This document shows, one piece after another, positions 19,844-33,334 of a DNA stretch of 64,000 nucleotides. Position 1 is the stretch's first letter; each line of letters starts with the position of its first letter. The stretch is taken from assembly GCA_963719495.1 (NCBI GenBank), contig CAVRCI010000007.1:64001-128000 (forward strand), given 5' to 3'. Below the pieces are notes generated by a model. That model searched no databases, was not told where the DNA came from, and was given only the letters and a program-made list of their open reading frames with translations. Source of the stretch: an uncultured Verrucomicrobiae bacterium (lineage in GTDB: Bacteria; Verrucomicrobiota; Verrucomicrobiia; Chthoniobacterales; JAATET01). The position numbers and the translations under genes are program-made.

Positions 19844-19988
19844 CCCCCAAAACCGAACATATAAACGACCCGAAAACGTTATAGTCCAATTGTTTATAGA
19901 GGTTGTTGGTTGCAAAAACGCGCTATTTAATAGCGTCCTTATGACTCATAAATAGACAAAACCCGCGCAATTAACCTGCGCCAATCTG

Positions 19989-20972
19989 CTACATTTGCTC
20001 GAGCAGACGATTCACTTGGTCGAGGTAGCCGACGTAGAACGTGACGATCCGGTAGCCGATGAAGATCGCGATTCCGGAATAGATGATCTTGGGAGTCCAT
20101 GCCGCCAGCGCGGCTAATCGATCCTTGAGCTGCTCGTCGTAGCGGGTCGCCAACCGCTCCATTTCGTCGTCCAAACGTCCCGAATCTTCACCGATTTCGA
20201 ACCCACGGATCACGTCTTCCGGGAATGCCCCGCTCGCCTCGACGGCCTCGCCGAGGCGCTCGCCCCTTCGCACGTCCTCGGTCACCGAGCCCGCCCCCTC
20301 GCGGAAAAGAGCGCTGCCCCCCACCTCTCCGGCGCGGTCGATCGACCCGAGAATCCCCGCGCCGGACCGAATGAGAATGTTGAGCGTCTGGCAGAATCGC
20401 GACGCGACGAGCGCCCGACGAGCGCCTCCGATGATCGGAATTTTCATCACGATCCGATCCGCGAGCGCACTGCGCTGAACCGCTCGACTCACGACGGCGA
20501 CCAGGAGCCAGACCACGATGAGCGCCGCGTAGAAGACACCCAGCACCTGGGCGACCGCCCAACCAAATGCCTCCGGCCCGTCGCTCACGGCCTTCGGCAC
20601 CGCCAGCAGAACCGCGGCGACGTGCAGAAGAACGATGGGATACGTCAGTCCGCCAATGATGCGCCGCCGCGTGCGGGCCAGGGATTCGTAGTAGCTCGAG
20701 AGGTATCCGGTGACCGCGTCCAGGCGTCCCCCGGACGCTCCGGCGACGACCATTTCGCAATCGAGATTGGAAAACGTCCGCGGAGCTGCGCCGAAGTATT
20801 CCGAAGCCGACCCCTCCCCCGAACCGGCGACCATCTGACGCGACAGCTTCGGGATGGTGCCGAACCGCTTCTTCGCACTTCGCTCCAGTGTTTCCGGCAG
20901 CGACTTGCCGCTGCGCAGGGATTGCGTCAGCTCATGAAAAAATTGCTCCTTCTGGGCGAAACTCAGCTTCAC
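19989..20972 (-). CDS. Type II secretion / type IV pilus platform protein (GspF/PilC family)
   Basis: Two GspF repeats (AGASGGRLD; IGEDSGRLD), LTYP, 3 TM. Confidence 0.85.
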   Translation of the reverse strand: MKLSFAQKEQFFHELTQSLRSGKSLPETLERSAKKRFGTIPKLSRQMVAGSGEGSASEYFGAAPRTFSNLDCEMVVAGASGGRLDAVTGYLSSYYESLARTRRRIIGGLTYPIVLLHVAAVLLAVPKAVSDGPEAFGWAVAQVLGVFYAALIVVWLLVAVVSRAVQRSALADRIVMKIPIIGGARRALVASRFCQTLNILIRSGAGILGSIDRAGEVGGSALFREGAGSVTEDVRRGERLGEAVEASGAFPEDVIRGFEIGEDSGRLDDEMERLATRYDEQLKDRLAALAAWTPKIIYSGIAIFIGYRIVTFYVGYLDQVNRLLEQM

Positions 20973-21020
20973 CCCGGGACGATGCTCGTGAAAGGGTTCG
21001 AGCACAAGCCAAGCCACAAA

Positions 21021-21073
21021 GTAGCGCAAGCGGGGTGCCCGCTCGAATGATGCAAGCAGGATGCCTGCGTCAC
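21021..21073. repeat. Degenerate GTAG-type REP doublet
   Basis: gtagcgcaagc...gcaagcaggatgcctgcgtcac. Confidence 0.5.
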
Positions 21074-21083
21074 GGGATGCGAT

Positions 21084-21848
21084 CTACCGCTTCCGCATCA
21101 GCCAGTAGACCTCGCCCGGCCACCACGGGAACGTGGCGCCCCAGCGGAGATTCCAACGCATCCACCCCGGGGAATTCTCCAGCGGGCTCCCCTTGCTGCG
21201 CATGAGGAAGGCCCCGGAGAGAAATTCCGTCGTGCAACCCGCCGCTTCGCCCATCGCGACGACTCGCTCGGGCGAGAAAATGCTCACGTGGCCCATCGGC
21301 CCCGCCGTTTTTCGGACCGCGACCTCGCGCTGCTTGATGAGCGCGTTCGGCAGCACGGGAAAGCCGCCGATGAGCACGCCGCCGGGCCGGATTTTTTCCG
21401 CCACCCGCGCCAGCACGCGCTCGGGCTCGGACAAATGCTCGAGAAGGTGGAGGAGCACGGCGACGTCGTATTCTCGTGGCAAATGAAAGGAATCGTCTTC
21501 GAGGTTGGCCTCGCAGAAATCGTCGTAACCCGCCTTGCGAAGTTTTTCGGTCAGCATCACGGCGTCCACCGCCGTCCAGGCTCCAAGCGCGGGCACGACG
21601 GGAGCCGAGCGAACGAACTCGAGGAATTGCCCGGTGTGCACGCCGATTTCGGCGACGTCGACCGGACGCCCCAATCGCTCGGCCTCGACACGGAGCAAGT
21701 GGTAGCCAAACCAATAACGCAGCAGGCGAATCGGGTATTTGACGCCCTTGGCTTCCTTCGGCATCCCGAAGCGCTTCGTGCGCACGACGGGGTTGGTCGA
21801 CAGGAAGTCGATGTCCCACTTCTGGTGCTGGTAACTGGAGCCGATCAA
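21084..21848 (-). CDS. Class I SAM-dependent methyltransferase
   Basis: VAEIGVHTG, YDVAVLLHLLEHL..P, IRPGG. Confidence 0.85.
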   Translation of the reverse strand: MIGSSYQHQKWDIDFLSTNPVVRTKRFGMPKEAKGVKYPIRLLRYWFGYHLLRVEAERLGRPVDVAEIGVHTGQFLEFVRSAPVVPALGAWTAVDAVMLTEKLRKAGYDDFCEANLEDDSFHLPREYDVAVLLHLLEHLSEPERVLARVAEKIRPGGVLIGGFPVLPNALIKQREVAVRKTAGPMGHVSIFSPERVVAMGEAAGCTTEFLSGAFLMRSKGSPLENSPGWMRWNLRWGATFPWWPGEVYWLMRKR

Positions 21849-21915
21849 GGTCGCGAATCCTGCGAATCGGCCCGCCCGAGGTCAAGCTCGCTCGGACCGC
21901 ACGGCGGTGCCAAAA

Positions 21916-21973
21916 GTAGCGTAAGCTTCCAGCTTTCGAGTGCCCGTTCGTGCAAGCTGGAAGCTTGCGCTAC
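21916..21973. repeat. GTAG-type REP doublet (REPIN-like)
   Basis: gtagcgtaagcttccagctt ... aagctggaagcttgcgctac inverted pair. Confidence 0.8.
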
Positions 21974-23070
21974 CCTCCCGGTGAAGGCGCCGCCTCGCGC
22001 AGCTCAGTCACCACCCGGCGCACGTCCTCGCCGGTCACCGCGTCGGACACGAACGCGCTGCCGAGCCGCTCGGTCAGCACGAAACGAATCGCCCCGGCTT
22101 CGAACTTCTTGTCCCGCCCCATCGCTTCCAGAATCGCGTCGACCGAAAGATCCGCCGGCACCCGCGTCGGCAATCCAAACGCGCTCAACTTCGCCACGAC
22201 CCGCTCGCAAGCTGCTTCGGTGAGCCCGGCGTGATCGACCGACAGCCGGAGCGCGGCGTGCAACCCGATGGCGATCGCTTCGCCGTGCAGAAAACGACCG
22301 TAGCCCGCCGCCTGCTCGACGGCGTGCCCCACGGTGTGCCCGAAGTTCAGCAGCGCCCGCTCACCGGTGCGTTCCCGCTCGTCCGCGACCACCACGCCGG
22401 CTTTGATTCGGACGTTCCGCGCGATCAGTTCGTCGAGCCCGCCGCGCCGATTGGGGTCGAGCTCGCCGAGCATGTCGGCGTCGGCGATGACCGCGTGCTT
22501 GATCACCTCGGCAAAACCCTCGCGGAATTCCCGGTCCGGCAGACTCAGCAAAGCCCCCGGGTCCGCGAGAACGGTGAGCGGTTGGTGGAAAGCGCCGACG
22601 AGATTCTTCCCACCCCGGGCGTTGATGCCCGTCTTCCCACCCACCGAACTGTCCACTTGGGCCATCACCGAAGTCGGCATCTGAACGAAGGGAATGCCTC
22701 GAAAATAGACCGCCGCCGCGAAGCCCGCGAGGTCTCCCACGACTCCCCCACCCAGCGCGACGAGCAGCGTCCCACGATCGAGTCCCGCCGCGATCATCGC
22801 GTCACAGATCGCTTCCACGCACTCGAACCGCTTCGACTGCTCGCCCGCCGCGACCGTGACGAGGGTCACCGCGAAGCCCGCCGCCTCGAGCGACTCCCGC
22901 ACCGGTTCGCCGTAGATCGGCCCGACGTTCGAATCGGTCACCAGCGCGACCGACCGGCCCGCGAAAAGCCCCGCAACCCGCGCCCCGCACCCGCTCAGCA
23001 CGCCATCGCCGATCCACACGTCGTAAGCGTTCGCGGCCAACGCCACCTCCACCGATACCAAACTCGCCAT
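21970..23070 (-). CDS. aroB: 3-dehydroquinate synthase
   Basis: GGGVVGDLAGF, AQVDSSVGGKTG, KNLVGAFHQP, LNFGHTVGHA, LHGEA. Confidence 0.96.
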   Translation of the reverse strand: MASLVSVEVALAANAYDVWIGDGVLSGCGARVAGLFAGRSVALVTDSNVGPIYGEPVRESLEAAGFAVTLVTVAAGEQSKRFECVEAICDAMIAAGLDRGTLLVALGGGVVGDLAGFAAAVYFRGIPFVQMPTSVMAQVDSSVGGKTGINARGGKNLVGAFHQPLTVLADPGALLSLPDREFREGFAEVIKHAVIADADMLGELDPNRRGGLDELIARNVRIKAGVVVADERERTGERALLNFGHTVGHAVEQAAGYGRFLHGEAIAIGLHAALRLSVDHAGLTEAACERVVAKLSAFGLPTRVPADLSVDAILEAMGRDKKFEAGAIRFVLTERLGSAFVSDAVTGEDVRRVVTELREAAPSPGG

Positions 23071-23125
23071 CGCGATATTCTGCATTTCTCATTCCCCATT
23101 TCCCATTTCTAATTTCTAAAGAACC

Positions 23126-24553
23126 GTGTTCGTCGAATCCCTCCTCGCCCTTGTCACCATCCTCTTCCACGTGGCGGGTGGTTTTTTTGCCCTCCAGGGC
23201 GTGCTCATTTCCCGCACTCCGCAGGCGGCGATCGGCTGGGCGCTCGCGCTTATCACCTTCCCCTACGCGGCGATCCCGCTTTTTCTCGTCTTCGGCGAAT
23301 CCCGCTTCTCGGGCTACGTGCACGCGGGCTCCGGCGACGTCGAGGCTCTCGACCGAGCCCTCGCGAATGCCCGCGCCGCACTCGAACCCCACCGGGCGGA
23401 CTTCAACGGGATCTACCGGGAAATTTCCGAGCTGGTCGAACCCCTCTCGCGCCTCCCGACGACGCGCGGCAACGACGCGCAACTCCTCGTCGACGGCGAC
23501 GCCACGTTCGACGCGATCTGCGCGGCGCTCGACCGGGCCACGGAGTTCGCACTCATCCAGTTCTTCATCTTCCGCGACGACGCTCTGGGTCAGCGCATCA
23601 AACGCCACGTGCTCGCCGCCCGCGCGCGCGGCATCCGCATCCACCTGCTCATCGATCAAGTGGGTTCGCGGAAGCTCTCGAAGGCGTATCGATCCGAAAT
23701 CGAAGCCGCCGGGGTCCATCTCCAGGTCTTCATGACGAACCGCGACCGGGGCCGCCGCTTCCGGATGAATTTCCGGAATCACCGCAAGCTCGTGATCGTC
23801 GACGGCCGCGAAGCCTTCCTCGGCGGTCTGAACGTCGGCGACGAATACCTCGGCCTCGATCCGAAGTTCGGCCCGTGGCGCGACACGTTCGTCCGGCTGA
23901 CCGGTCCCGTCGTGCGAGCGTTGCAGATGCCGTTTCTGGAGGATTGGTATTTCAACACCCGCGAAGTGCTCGACCTCCCGTGGGACATCGAGCCGCCGAC
24001 CGGCGAAATGCTCGCCCTGCCGGTGCCGACCGGACCCAACCGACCGTGGAAAGCCGGCCCGGCCGCCTACCTCGAGATCATCCAATCGGCCCGCCAACGC
24101 CTGTGGTTCGCGTCGCCGTATTTCGTGCCCGAGAACGCGTTGGTCACGGCGATTGCCCACGCCGCGATCCGCGGCGTCGAGGTCCGGCTGCTCCTCCCGC
24201 AGATGGCCGACCACCTGCTCCCCTGGCTCTCATCGTTCACGTTCTACCCGGGAATGCGCGCCGCCGGAGTGAAGATCTACCGCTACCAACCCGGCTTCAT
24301 GCACCAGAAGGTCGTGCTCGCCGACGACGACCTGGCGGTCATCGGGTCGATCAACGTCGACTACCGCTCGTTCATGCTGAACTTCGAACTCTCGACCGTG
24401 ATCGAGAGCAAGCCCTTCGCCGCCGAGGTCGAGAAGATGCTGCTGGCCGACTTCGCCAACGCCGCCCCCGCGGACATGTATGCTTATGAGAACGCGAACG
24501 TTTTCTTCAAATTGAAGTGCCGGGCGGCCGCGCTGCTAAGCTCGCAGCAGTGA
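23126..24553 (+). CDS. cls: Cardiolipin synthase
   Basis: N-terminal TM pair; two HKD motifs RNHRKLVIVD and MHQKVVLAD. Confidence 0.93.
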   Translation: MFVESLLALVTILFHVAGGFFALQGVLISRTPQAAIGWALALITFPYAAIPLFLVFGESRFSGYVHAGSGDVEALDRALANARAALEPHRADFNGIYREISELVEPLSRLPTTRGNDAQLLVDGDATFDAICAALDRATEFALIQFFIFRDDALGQRIKRHVLAARARGIRIHLLIDQVGSRKLSKAYRSEIEAAGVHLQVFMTNRDRGRRFRMNFRNHRKLVIVDGREAFLGGLNVGDEYLGLDPKFGPWRDTFVRLTGPVVRALQMPFLEDWYFNTREVLDLPWDIEPPTGEMLALPVPTGPNRPWKAGPAAYLEIIQSARQRLWFASPYFVPENALVTAIAHAAIRGVEVRLLLPQMADHLLPWLSSFTFYPGMRAAGVKIYRYQPGFMHQKVVLADDDLAVIGSINVDYRSFMLNFELSTVIESKPFAAEVEKMLLADFANAAPADMYAYENANVFFKLKCRAAALLSSQQ

Positions 24554-24610
24554 TGGCAAGCGGCGGCTCGGGCCGCGACTACCTCGGCGAAGCCGATCCA
24601 GATCCTGCTC

Positions 24611-24783
24611 CTGTCACTCTGAGCGAAGCGAAGATCCAACGACCGCCTTTCACTTCTGCATTCCTCTTCAAAGGGGCAATCTCTGGCTTCTCCTCATACG
24701 CACAAACAGACAGCGCGCCACCGTCAATTTAGGACGCTGAACAAAGTGTAAGCCAGAGATACTTCGCTTTGCTCAGCATGACA
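24611..24783. repeat. Inverted pair of family A repeats between convergent cls and gcvP
   Basis: ctgtcactctgagcgaagcgaag at 24611; reverse copy 24751-24783. Confidence 0.8.
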
Positions 24784-24826
24784 TCGGGGGCTTTGCGAAC
24801 TCTTGTCCCGCGCCCCCCCAAAAGGA

Positions 24827-27699
<2,873 letters not shown>

Positions 27700-27700
<1 letters not shown>

Positions 27701-28077
27701 CAGGAGATCTGCTCCCGGTAAGCTTCGGGCGATTTGAGCGCATCGAGCTCCGCCGCATCCGACAGCTTCACCTTGTAGATCCAGCCTTCACCGAAGGGAT
27801 CCGTATTCAGCAAAGCCGGATCGGCATCGAGTGCCGCGTTCGCTTCGACGATCTCGCCGCTCACCGGCGAATAGATGTCGCTCGCCGCCTTCACCGATTC
27901 GACCACCGCGCTGGCCGCCGTGGCCTCGACCTTGTCCCCAACCTTCGGCGGCTCGACGAACACGATGTCCGTCAACTCCGCCTGCGCGTGATCCGTGATT
28001 CCCACGGTCCCAATCCCATCCGCGACCCGCACCCACTCGTGCGACTCCGCGTATTTCAAATCATCCGGCACGTTCAT
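27700..28077 (-). CDS. gcvH: Glycine cleavage H protein
   Basis: [20 protein letters not shown]. Confidence 0.97.
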
Positions 28078-28174
28078 ACTTCGAGGGTGTTATTGGTTGT
28101 TGGTTATTGGTGATTGGACAGGAAGGAACCCCTGGCGTTCTTCGCGACCTTGGCGCGAGGCCGCATTCCAGACG

Positions 28175-29272
28175 CTACGCCGGGCGCACGTAAAGCGGTT
28201 TCTTCCGCACGCTCGCGCGGTAGAGTTTCCCGCGCACCTCGATCCCGACTTCCTGCCCCGGTTTCGCGAGCGCGGGCGGCAAATACGCCAACGCGATCCC
28301 GTAACCAAGCGAAGGCGAAAGCGCCCCGCTGCACGTCTCGCCGACCTCCTCCCCGTCGAGCATCACGCGGTAATGCGGACGAATCGGCGGCGATTTTTCC
28401 TCCACGGCCAGCGCCACCAACCGCGAAGGAGCCCCGTCGATTTTGTGTCGCTCCACCGCGTCCTTCCCCACGAAATCGTCCTTCGTCAGATCGACGAAAT
28501 ACCCCAGACCCGCCTCCATCGGCGACCGCTCCGGCGACAAATCCGACCCGTTGAGCGGATAGCACATCTCGAGCCGCAAAGTATCCCGCGCCCCCAGCCC
28601 ACAAGGCACCGCCCCGGCCCCCAGCAACGCGTCCCACAGCGGCACGATCACGTCCGCCGGAGCCACCACTTCGAAACCATCCTCGCCCGTGTAACCCGTC
28701 GTCACCACGAACACCGCCGACCCCGCGAAGACCGACGACACCACCCGGTTCCGCGCCTCGGCCAAAGTCTCGTTGAAGACGCAGGCAAACAATTCCCGCG
28801 CTTTCGGCCCCTGCACCGCCAACGCCGCGAAATCATCGCTCCGATCCGCGAATTCCACGCCGTCAACGAGCCGGCCCCGCAGCCATTCCCGGTCCTCGTC
28901 GATTTTCGCCGCGTTCACGATGAGGAGAAACGCCGCCTCGCCCGTGCGATACACGATCAGGTCGTCGATCACCCCACCCGCCTCGTTCAGCATGAGCGTG
29001 TATTGGGCCTCGCCCTCCGCCAGTCGCGCCACCCGGTTCGTCAGCAACCCGTCCAACCACGCCACCGCCCCCGGCCCGTGCACCGTAAATTCCCCCATGT
29101 GCGAAATGTCGAACACCCCCACGGCTTCCCGCACCGCCCGGTGCTCGGCCATGATCCCCACGTATTGCACCGGCATCTCCCAACCCGCAAAATCCACCAG
29201 CCGCCCCCCGGCCTCCACGTGCTTGTCGTAGAGCGGCGTCCGGCGGGGTGGCGAAGCGAGTGAAATTTCCAT
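28175..29272 (-). CDS. gcvT: Glycine cleavage aminomethyltransferase
   Basis: FAGWEMPVQY, FDISHMG, TGYTGEDGFE, GLGARDTLRLE. Confidence 0.97.
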   Translation of the reverse strand: MEISLASPPRRTPLYDKHVEAGGRLVDFAGWEMPVQYVGIMAEHRAVREAVGVFDISHMGEFTVHGPGAVAWLDGLLTNRVARLAEGEAQYTLMLNEAGGVIDDLIVYRTGEAAFLLIVNAAKIDEDREWLRGRLVDGVEFADRSDDFAALAVQGPKARELFACVFNETLAEARNRVVSSVFAGSAVFVVTTGYTGEDGFEVVAPADVIVPLWDALLGAGAVPCGLGARDTLRLEMCYPLNGSDLSPERSPMEAGLGYFVDLTKDDFVGKDAVERHKIDGAPSRLVALAVEEKSPPIRPHYRVMLDGEEVGETCSGALSPSLGYGIALAYLPPALAKPGQEVGIEVRGKLYRASVRKKPLYVRPA

Positions 29273-29419
29273 CGCGGCAATGAGTAATTCACCCGCAATC
29301 CCCGCGCGACGGAAAAATCAGAAGAGACCGAGTTCCGTCCATCGAGTTTCCCAGTTCGCCGCCAGATGATACGCAGATTATTCTTGCAAATAAATGCATC
29401 CGGCTTCGTAATCGCCGCG

Positions 29420-30301
29420 ATGAAAACGAAATGCCTTCCGATCCCCCCGCTTGCTGCCCTGGTTGCCGCCCTCGCCCTCATCGCCGCACCGAACCTCGCT
29501 CACGCCCAAAATGGATCTCTGACCACCACCTTTGGTGGCGTGAACTCGGCGGATGGATTCATGTTCGACGTGATTGCCGCTCGCCCCCTCCAGATCACCG
29601 GAGTGCAGTTCGCTTTTGCTTCCTTGCCGCTGACTGACACCTTCGAGGTCTACGGAAAGTCGGGCACTCACGTTGGCAGCGAGCTGGTTGCCGCGAATTG
29701 GACCCTAGCCGGGGCCGGTTCGATCACTACCTCCGCGCTGAACGTTCCCACTCCGATCTTACTTCTTTCGAGCCCAATCACGATTCCCGGAGGAACCGGA
29801 GCGGCCATCTACGTTCGCCGGGTCGATGTTAGTGAGGCCATCCGCTACTCGAACGGGGTTGGAACTGGAACCGTCCAGGCCGCCGATCCGAACTTATTCA
29901 TTCTCGAAGGTAAGGGAATCAACGGACTTTTTGGAAGTACTGACGTCTATGGAAACCGCATCCCGAACGTCACCATCCACTACACCCTCGCCGACGTCAC
30001 CGCCCCGTCAGTCTCCGTCATCGGAGCCAATCGCATCCGCACGACCGAGCAACGCGTTCGAATCGACGGCATCGCCTCCGACGACGTCGGCGTTGCCAGC
30101 GTCAAGGTCCGCTTCAAGCGGCAGCGCAACAACGGCACCACCCGCAACGTCACCCGCTTCCTGCCCTTCGATCCTGCCACGGGTCTCTTCCGCATCAACG
30201 TCCGCACCTTCGTCGGTCGCAACCCCGTCCGCTTCAACGTCACCGACACCGCCGGAAAAGGCTCCGGCGTCGCCCGCGCCGTCATTATTCGCAAAGAGTA
30301 G
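29420..30301 (+). CDS. Secreted protein with basic C-terminal Ig-like domain
   Basis: Signal peptide ending AHAQ; beta-rich N-domain; tail DVTAP...DTAGK. Confidence 0.8.
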   Translation: MKTKCLPIPPLAALVAALALIAAPNLAHAQNGSLTTTFGGVNSADGFMFDVIAARPLQITGVQFAFASLPLTDTFEVYGKSGTHVGSELVAANWTLAGAGSITTSALNVPTPILLLSSPITIPGGTGAAIYVRRVDVSEAIRYSNGVGTGTVQAADPNLFILEGKGINGLFGSTDVYGNRIPNVTIHYTLADVTAPSVSVIGANRIRTTEQRVRIDGIASDDVGVASVKVRFKRQRNNGTTRNVTRFLPFDPATGLFRINVRTFVGRNPVRFNVTDTAGKGSGVARAVIIRKE

Positions 30302-30382
30302 CGGTGTGCCCGGGTCGGCAAAAGCCGACGTCATCCCGTAGAAACGGAGGTCACGACGCTCCTGCCCCAGCGCCTCGCCCCC

Positions 30383-30868
30383 CAGGGCAATTGCATCTAA
30401 AAGCCGAGAAGGTTCAGGAGATAAGAGTGATCCCAGGCGGCATTCTTCTGTTTGCCTTCGATGCCGCGTTTTTTTGGAGGTATCGAGTTTGAGGACGTTG
30501 AGGGTGATGTGGCGCAAGATGGCGAGGTTTTCGGCGACATAGCCGCGGCGGACGCGGCAGGAGCGCCTCGGCGAAGGCGACGTCCAGAGTCCAATGGAGG
30601 GAGGTCTCCACGGCCCAGTAACCACGCACGGCATGGGCGAACTTTTTGGCGGCGGCAGGTAAACTGCTCAGATAAAAGCGAACCTCGCGAGCGTTCGCAC
30701 CATTGATCTCACGCTGGCTCTCGACCATTCCAAAACTGCGCAACCCTTCCCAGAGATCGGTATCGGCAAACCAGTCGATGGACTCGGTGATCCGATAGCG
30801 ACGAATCTCGATCCGCCCGTGGTCTTTTTCGATGGTCTCGTGGAAGGCATGGGCGGTGTGGGCAAACC
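30383..30868 (-). mobile_element. ISAs1-family transposase 3' remnant, frameshifted
   Basis: EKDHGRIEIR, VRGYWAVETSLHWTLDVAFAE, then other frames ENLAILRHITLN and AAWDHSYL; end GATGCAATTGCCCTG. Confidence 0.88.
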
Positions 30869-31507
30869 CAGCAGTTCTCATTTTGGGGTAGCGGCAGACA
30901 GGGGGGAGATGTGAGAGGGTTGGAGCAAAGGGATGAGCGTGGAGTGGCCGCCGGGATTGATGGGCGGCGGGTGGGGACGGTTACAGGCTGCGCCAGCGCG
31001 GCAGGCTGACGCGCGATTGGCCGCAAAAAATGGGGCTCAGTTTCGAAGCGAGGCGTAGGGGCCGATTTCCAGACCCCGGAGCATGAAGTCCATGAGATGG
31101 TCCCAGCTTTCGAAGTGCAGGTAGGTGGTGAGCGTGCGGATGTGCTCGAAGAACTTGCGCCGAGCGCCCACGGCGGAGCGAACGAGGCGGTAGTTGCCGT
31201 CGGTGAGTTCGAGCAGGGTGTGCAGGCCGTTGCCTTCCTCCAATTCCCCGACCCACTGGGAGTGTCCGGGGCTCACCACGACCGGGGTCAGCGCGCTGTG
31301 GTAATGCGTCGTGCATCCATTGGTGTGCTCGATGCGCGAGCAGTGCGGGCAGTGGATGTTCTCGGACTGGGAGGAAAAATACCAGGTGCCGTCCAAGGCT
31401 ATTTCGTAACATTCGCGCCCCTTCCAGCGCCGCCCTCCAATTCGCCTCCCCTTCGAGTCAGCCGACCGCCCTCTGGCACTTCAACAATACCAAAATGAAA
31501 ACTGCTG
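30869..31507 (-). mobile_element. Internally deleted IS (ISNCY-like DDE) with both TIRs
   Basis: TIRs cagcagttctcattttgg / ccaaaatgaaaactgctg (17/18); fused fragments DGTWYFSS..IHCPHC and FFEHIRTLTTYLHFESWDHLM. Confidence 0.78.
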
Positions 31508-31742
31508 GGATGACTCGATCAACGGCAGCGAACCCCATTCTTCCAAATCTTTGCGACCTTTGCGGCCTTCTGTTCAAAGCCGCGTTTGTATTCGCATTCC
31601 CCTTCGTTCCCTTCGTTCCGTTGACTCGCTCGCTCCCGCTCGTCTCGCCCTTCTGGCACCATCGCAGAGCCGATGGCGTCTGCCCCGAGCCTTCCCAGGC
31701 TCCGGTGCTCCCAGCCGCCGGCGCTCTGTTCAAAACAATCCG

Positions 31743-31775
31743 TGTCATTGGCAGCGAAGCGAAGCATCTCGGGCT
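31743..31775 (+). repeat. Dispersed repeat family A copy
   Basis: tgtcattggcagcgaagcgaagcatctcgggct. Confidence 0.75.
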
Positions 31776-31801
31776 TTTCACCTCGCCCGCGACCTTCGCC
31801 G

Positions 31802-32959
31802 TCAGTCCTCCCGCGTGACCATTCGCACCTCGAGCGACTTGAACCCAACCTGCCGACGGTAATCCGCCGCGCTCGCCTCGTTCCGCTCGCACCGCACCAG
31901 CTCGATCGACCCCACGCGCTCCGAAAGCTCCCGCAGCACCGTCCGAATGATCAACCGCGCGTGCGGCGCGCCGAGGCAAAAGTGTGGCCCGCTCCCGAAT
32001 CCGACGTGCGCATTCGGCTTCCGATCGAGCCGGACGTCCTCCGGGGACTCGAAGACGGTCTCGTCGTAATTTGCCGAAGCCCAATTGAGCGACACCCGTT
32101 CCCCCGCCTTCACGTCGAGGCCTTGAACCTTCGTGTCGACCGGACACGTCCGCCCGATGTGGGTGAGCGGCGAAATGGCCCGCACGAATTCCTCCCCCGC
32201 CAGAGCGATCACCTTCGGATTGATTCGCATCGTGTCGAGCGCCTCCGGGTGCTCGGCGAGGTATCCCACGATCGAAGCCACGGTGTTGATCACCGTATCC
32301 CGCCCCCCCGCAAACGTCAGATTCGCGAATCCGACCATCTCGTCGCGCTTCAGCGCCCGCCCCTGAAACGTCGCCCGCGTGAGCGCGCTGAAAAAATCCT
32401 CCCCAGGCGCTGCGCTCGCCCGGTCCAGCTGGGCGTGAATGTAATTCTCGAGGGCCTCACCCTTCCGCTCACCCGGCTTTCCGTCCCGGAAAACGTGCGT
32501 CCCCCAGCCGATCCAGATCTCCGCCTCGGCCTCCGGCACGTTGAGAAGATGCGTCAGTGCCCGGGACTGGAGCGGCAGCGCGAACTCCCGCACGATCTCG
32601 ACCGAAGCCATTTTCGACGCGGCGACGACAAGCTCCGCCACGAGCGCGGAGATGCTCGCGGCAAACTCCGGCTTCGACGGTCGCTTGAAGAATGGCTCGA
32701 CGATCTTTCGGTATTCCGGGTGCTCCGGCGGGTCGGTTTCGATGGGAAGCTGGCGCACGCCCCGCGCATCCTCTTCGGAGGGAATCGGCACCCGAAACGG
32801 CGCGTCCGAACTGAACGTCCCGGTGTCCCGCGCCGCTTCCCTCACGTCCTGATAGCGCAGGATCATCGGGATCGTCTCGCCGTCGAACTCTCCAGCGAGC
32901 ACCCCGGCGTCCCGCCGCTCGCCTTTGAATGGGTCGTGGAAGGGGCAGGTTTTGGACAT
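31802..32959 (-). CDS. Cytochrome P450
   Basis: DPPEH, AGGRDT, EEFVR, FGSGPHFCLG. Confidence 0.95.
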   Translation of the reverse strand: MSKTCPFHDPFKGERRDAGVLAGEFDGETIPMILRYQDVREAARDTGTFSSDAPFRVPIPSEEDARGVRQLPIETDPPEHPEYRKIVEPFFKRPSKPEFAASISALVAELVVAASKMASVEIVREFALPLQSRALTHLLNVPEAEAEIWIGWGTHVFRDGKPGERKGEALENYIHAQLDRASAAPGEDFFSALTRATFQGRALKRDEMVGFANLTFAGGRDTVINTVASIVGYLAEHPEALDTMRINPKVIALAGEEFVRAISPLTHIGRTCPVDTKVQGLDVKAGERVSLNWASANYDETVFESPEDVRLDRKPNAHVGFGSGPHFCLGAPHARLIIRTVLRELSERVGSIELVRCERNEASAADYRRQVGFKSLEVRMVTRED

Positions 32960-33334
32960 TGGATCGGGGGCCTCAGGGTTCCGGGCCGTCGCGAAATTCG
33001 CCGAACGGTCGCGGGAGGCTACGAATTGTCTCCGAGAGTTTCAATTCGAGATCGGCGGGAAAGGTGAGTGCCGAGTCGAACCAGATTCCAATCTCCTCCC
33101 ACTTGCCATTGCCGATCACACCATCCCACCCGATCCTGCGCCGCCGCCCTTCCTCCGCAGCCGCCCCCGCGTCGTAGGCCATGTCGGGCGCGATCGATTC
33201 CGGACCTCGGCTCCAGACCGGGTAATCCCTGAGCCTCGGTGGCGAACAGGACAGTCCGCGACGGCCGCAAGATCGTCGACATCTTCACGCCCGTCATCGA
33301 CTTATCGCGAGAGAGCGGCGGCCGGCACGGCTTT

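Noticed and set aside
19989..20972. Complete type II secretion or pilus locus
   Set aside because: Only the platform gene is present in the window
21084..21848. N-methyl-bacillithiol methyltransferase
   Set aside because: More than 16 kb from the bsh genes, with only generic methyltransferase motifs
29273..29419. Glycine riboswitch upstream of gcvT
   Set aside because: No recognisable aptamer motifs; the space is short and shared with a divergent gene
32960..33330. Small ORFs or ncRNA between P450 and DUF2911
   Set aside because: No convincing protein motif or recognisable RNA structure
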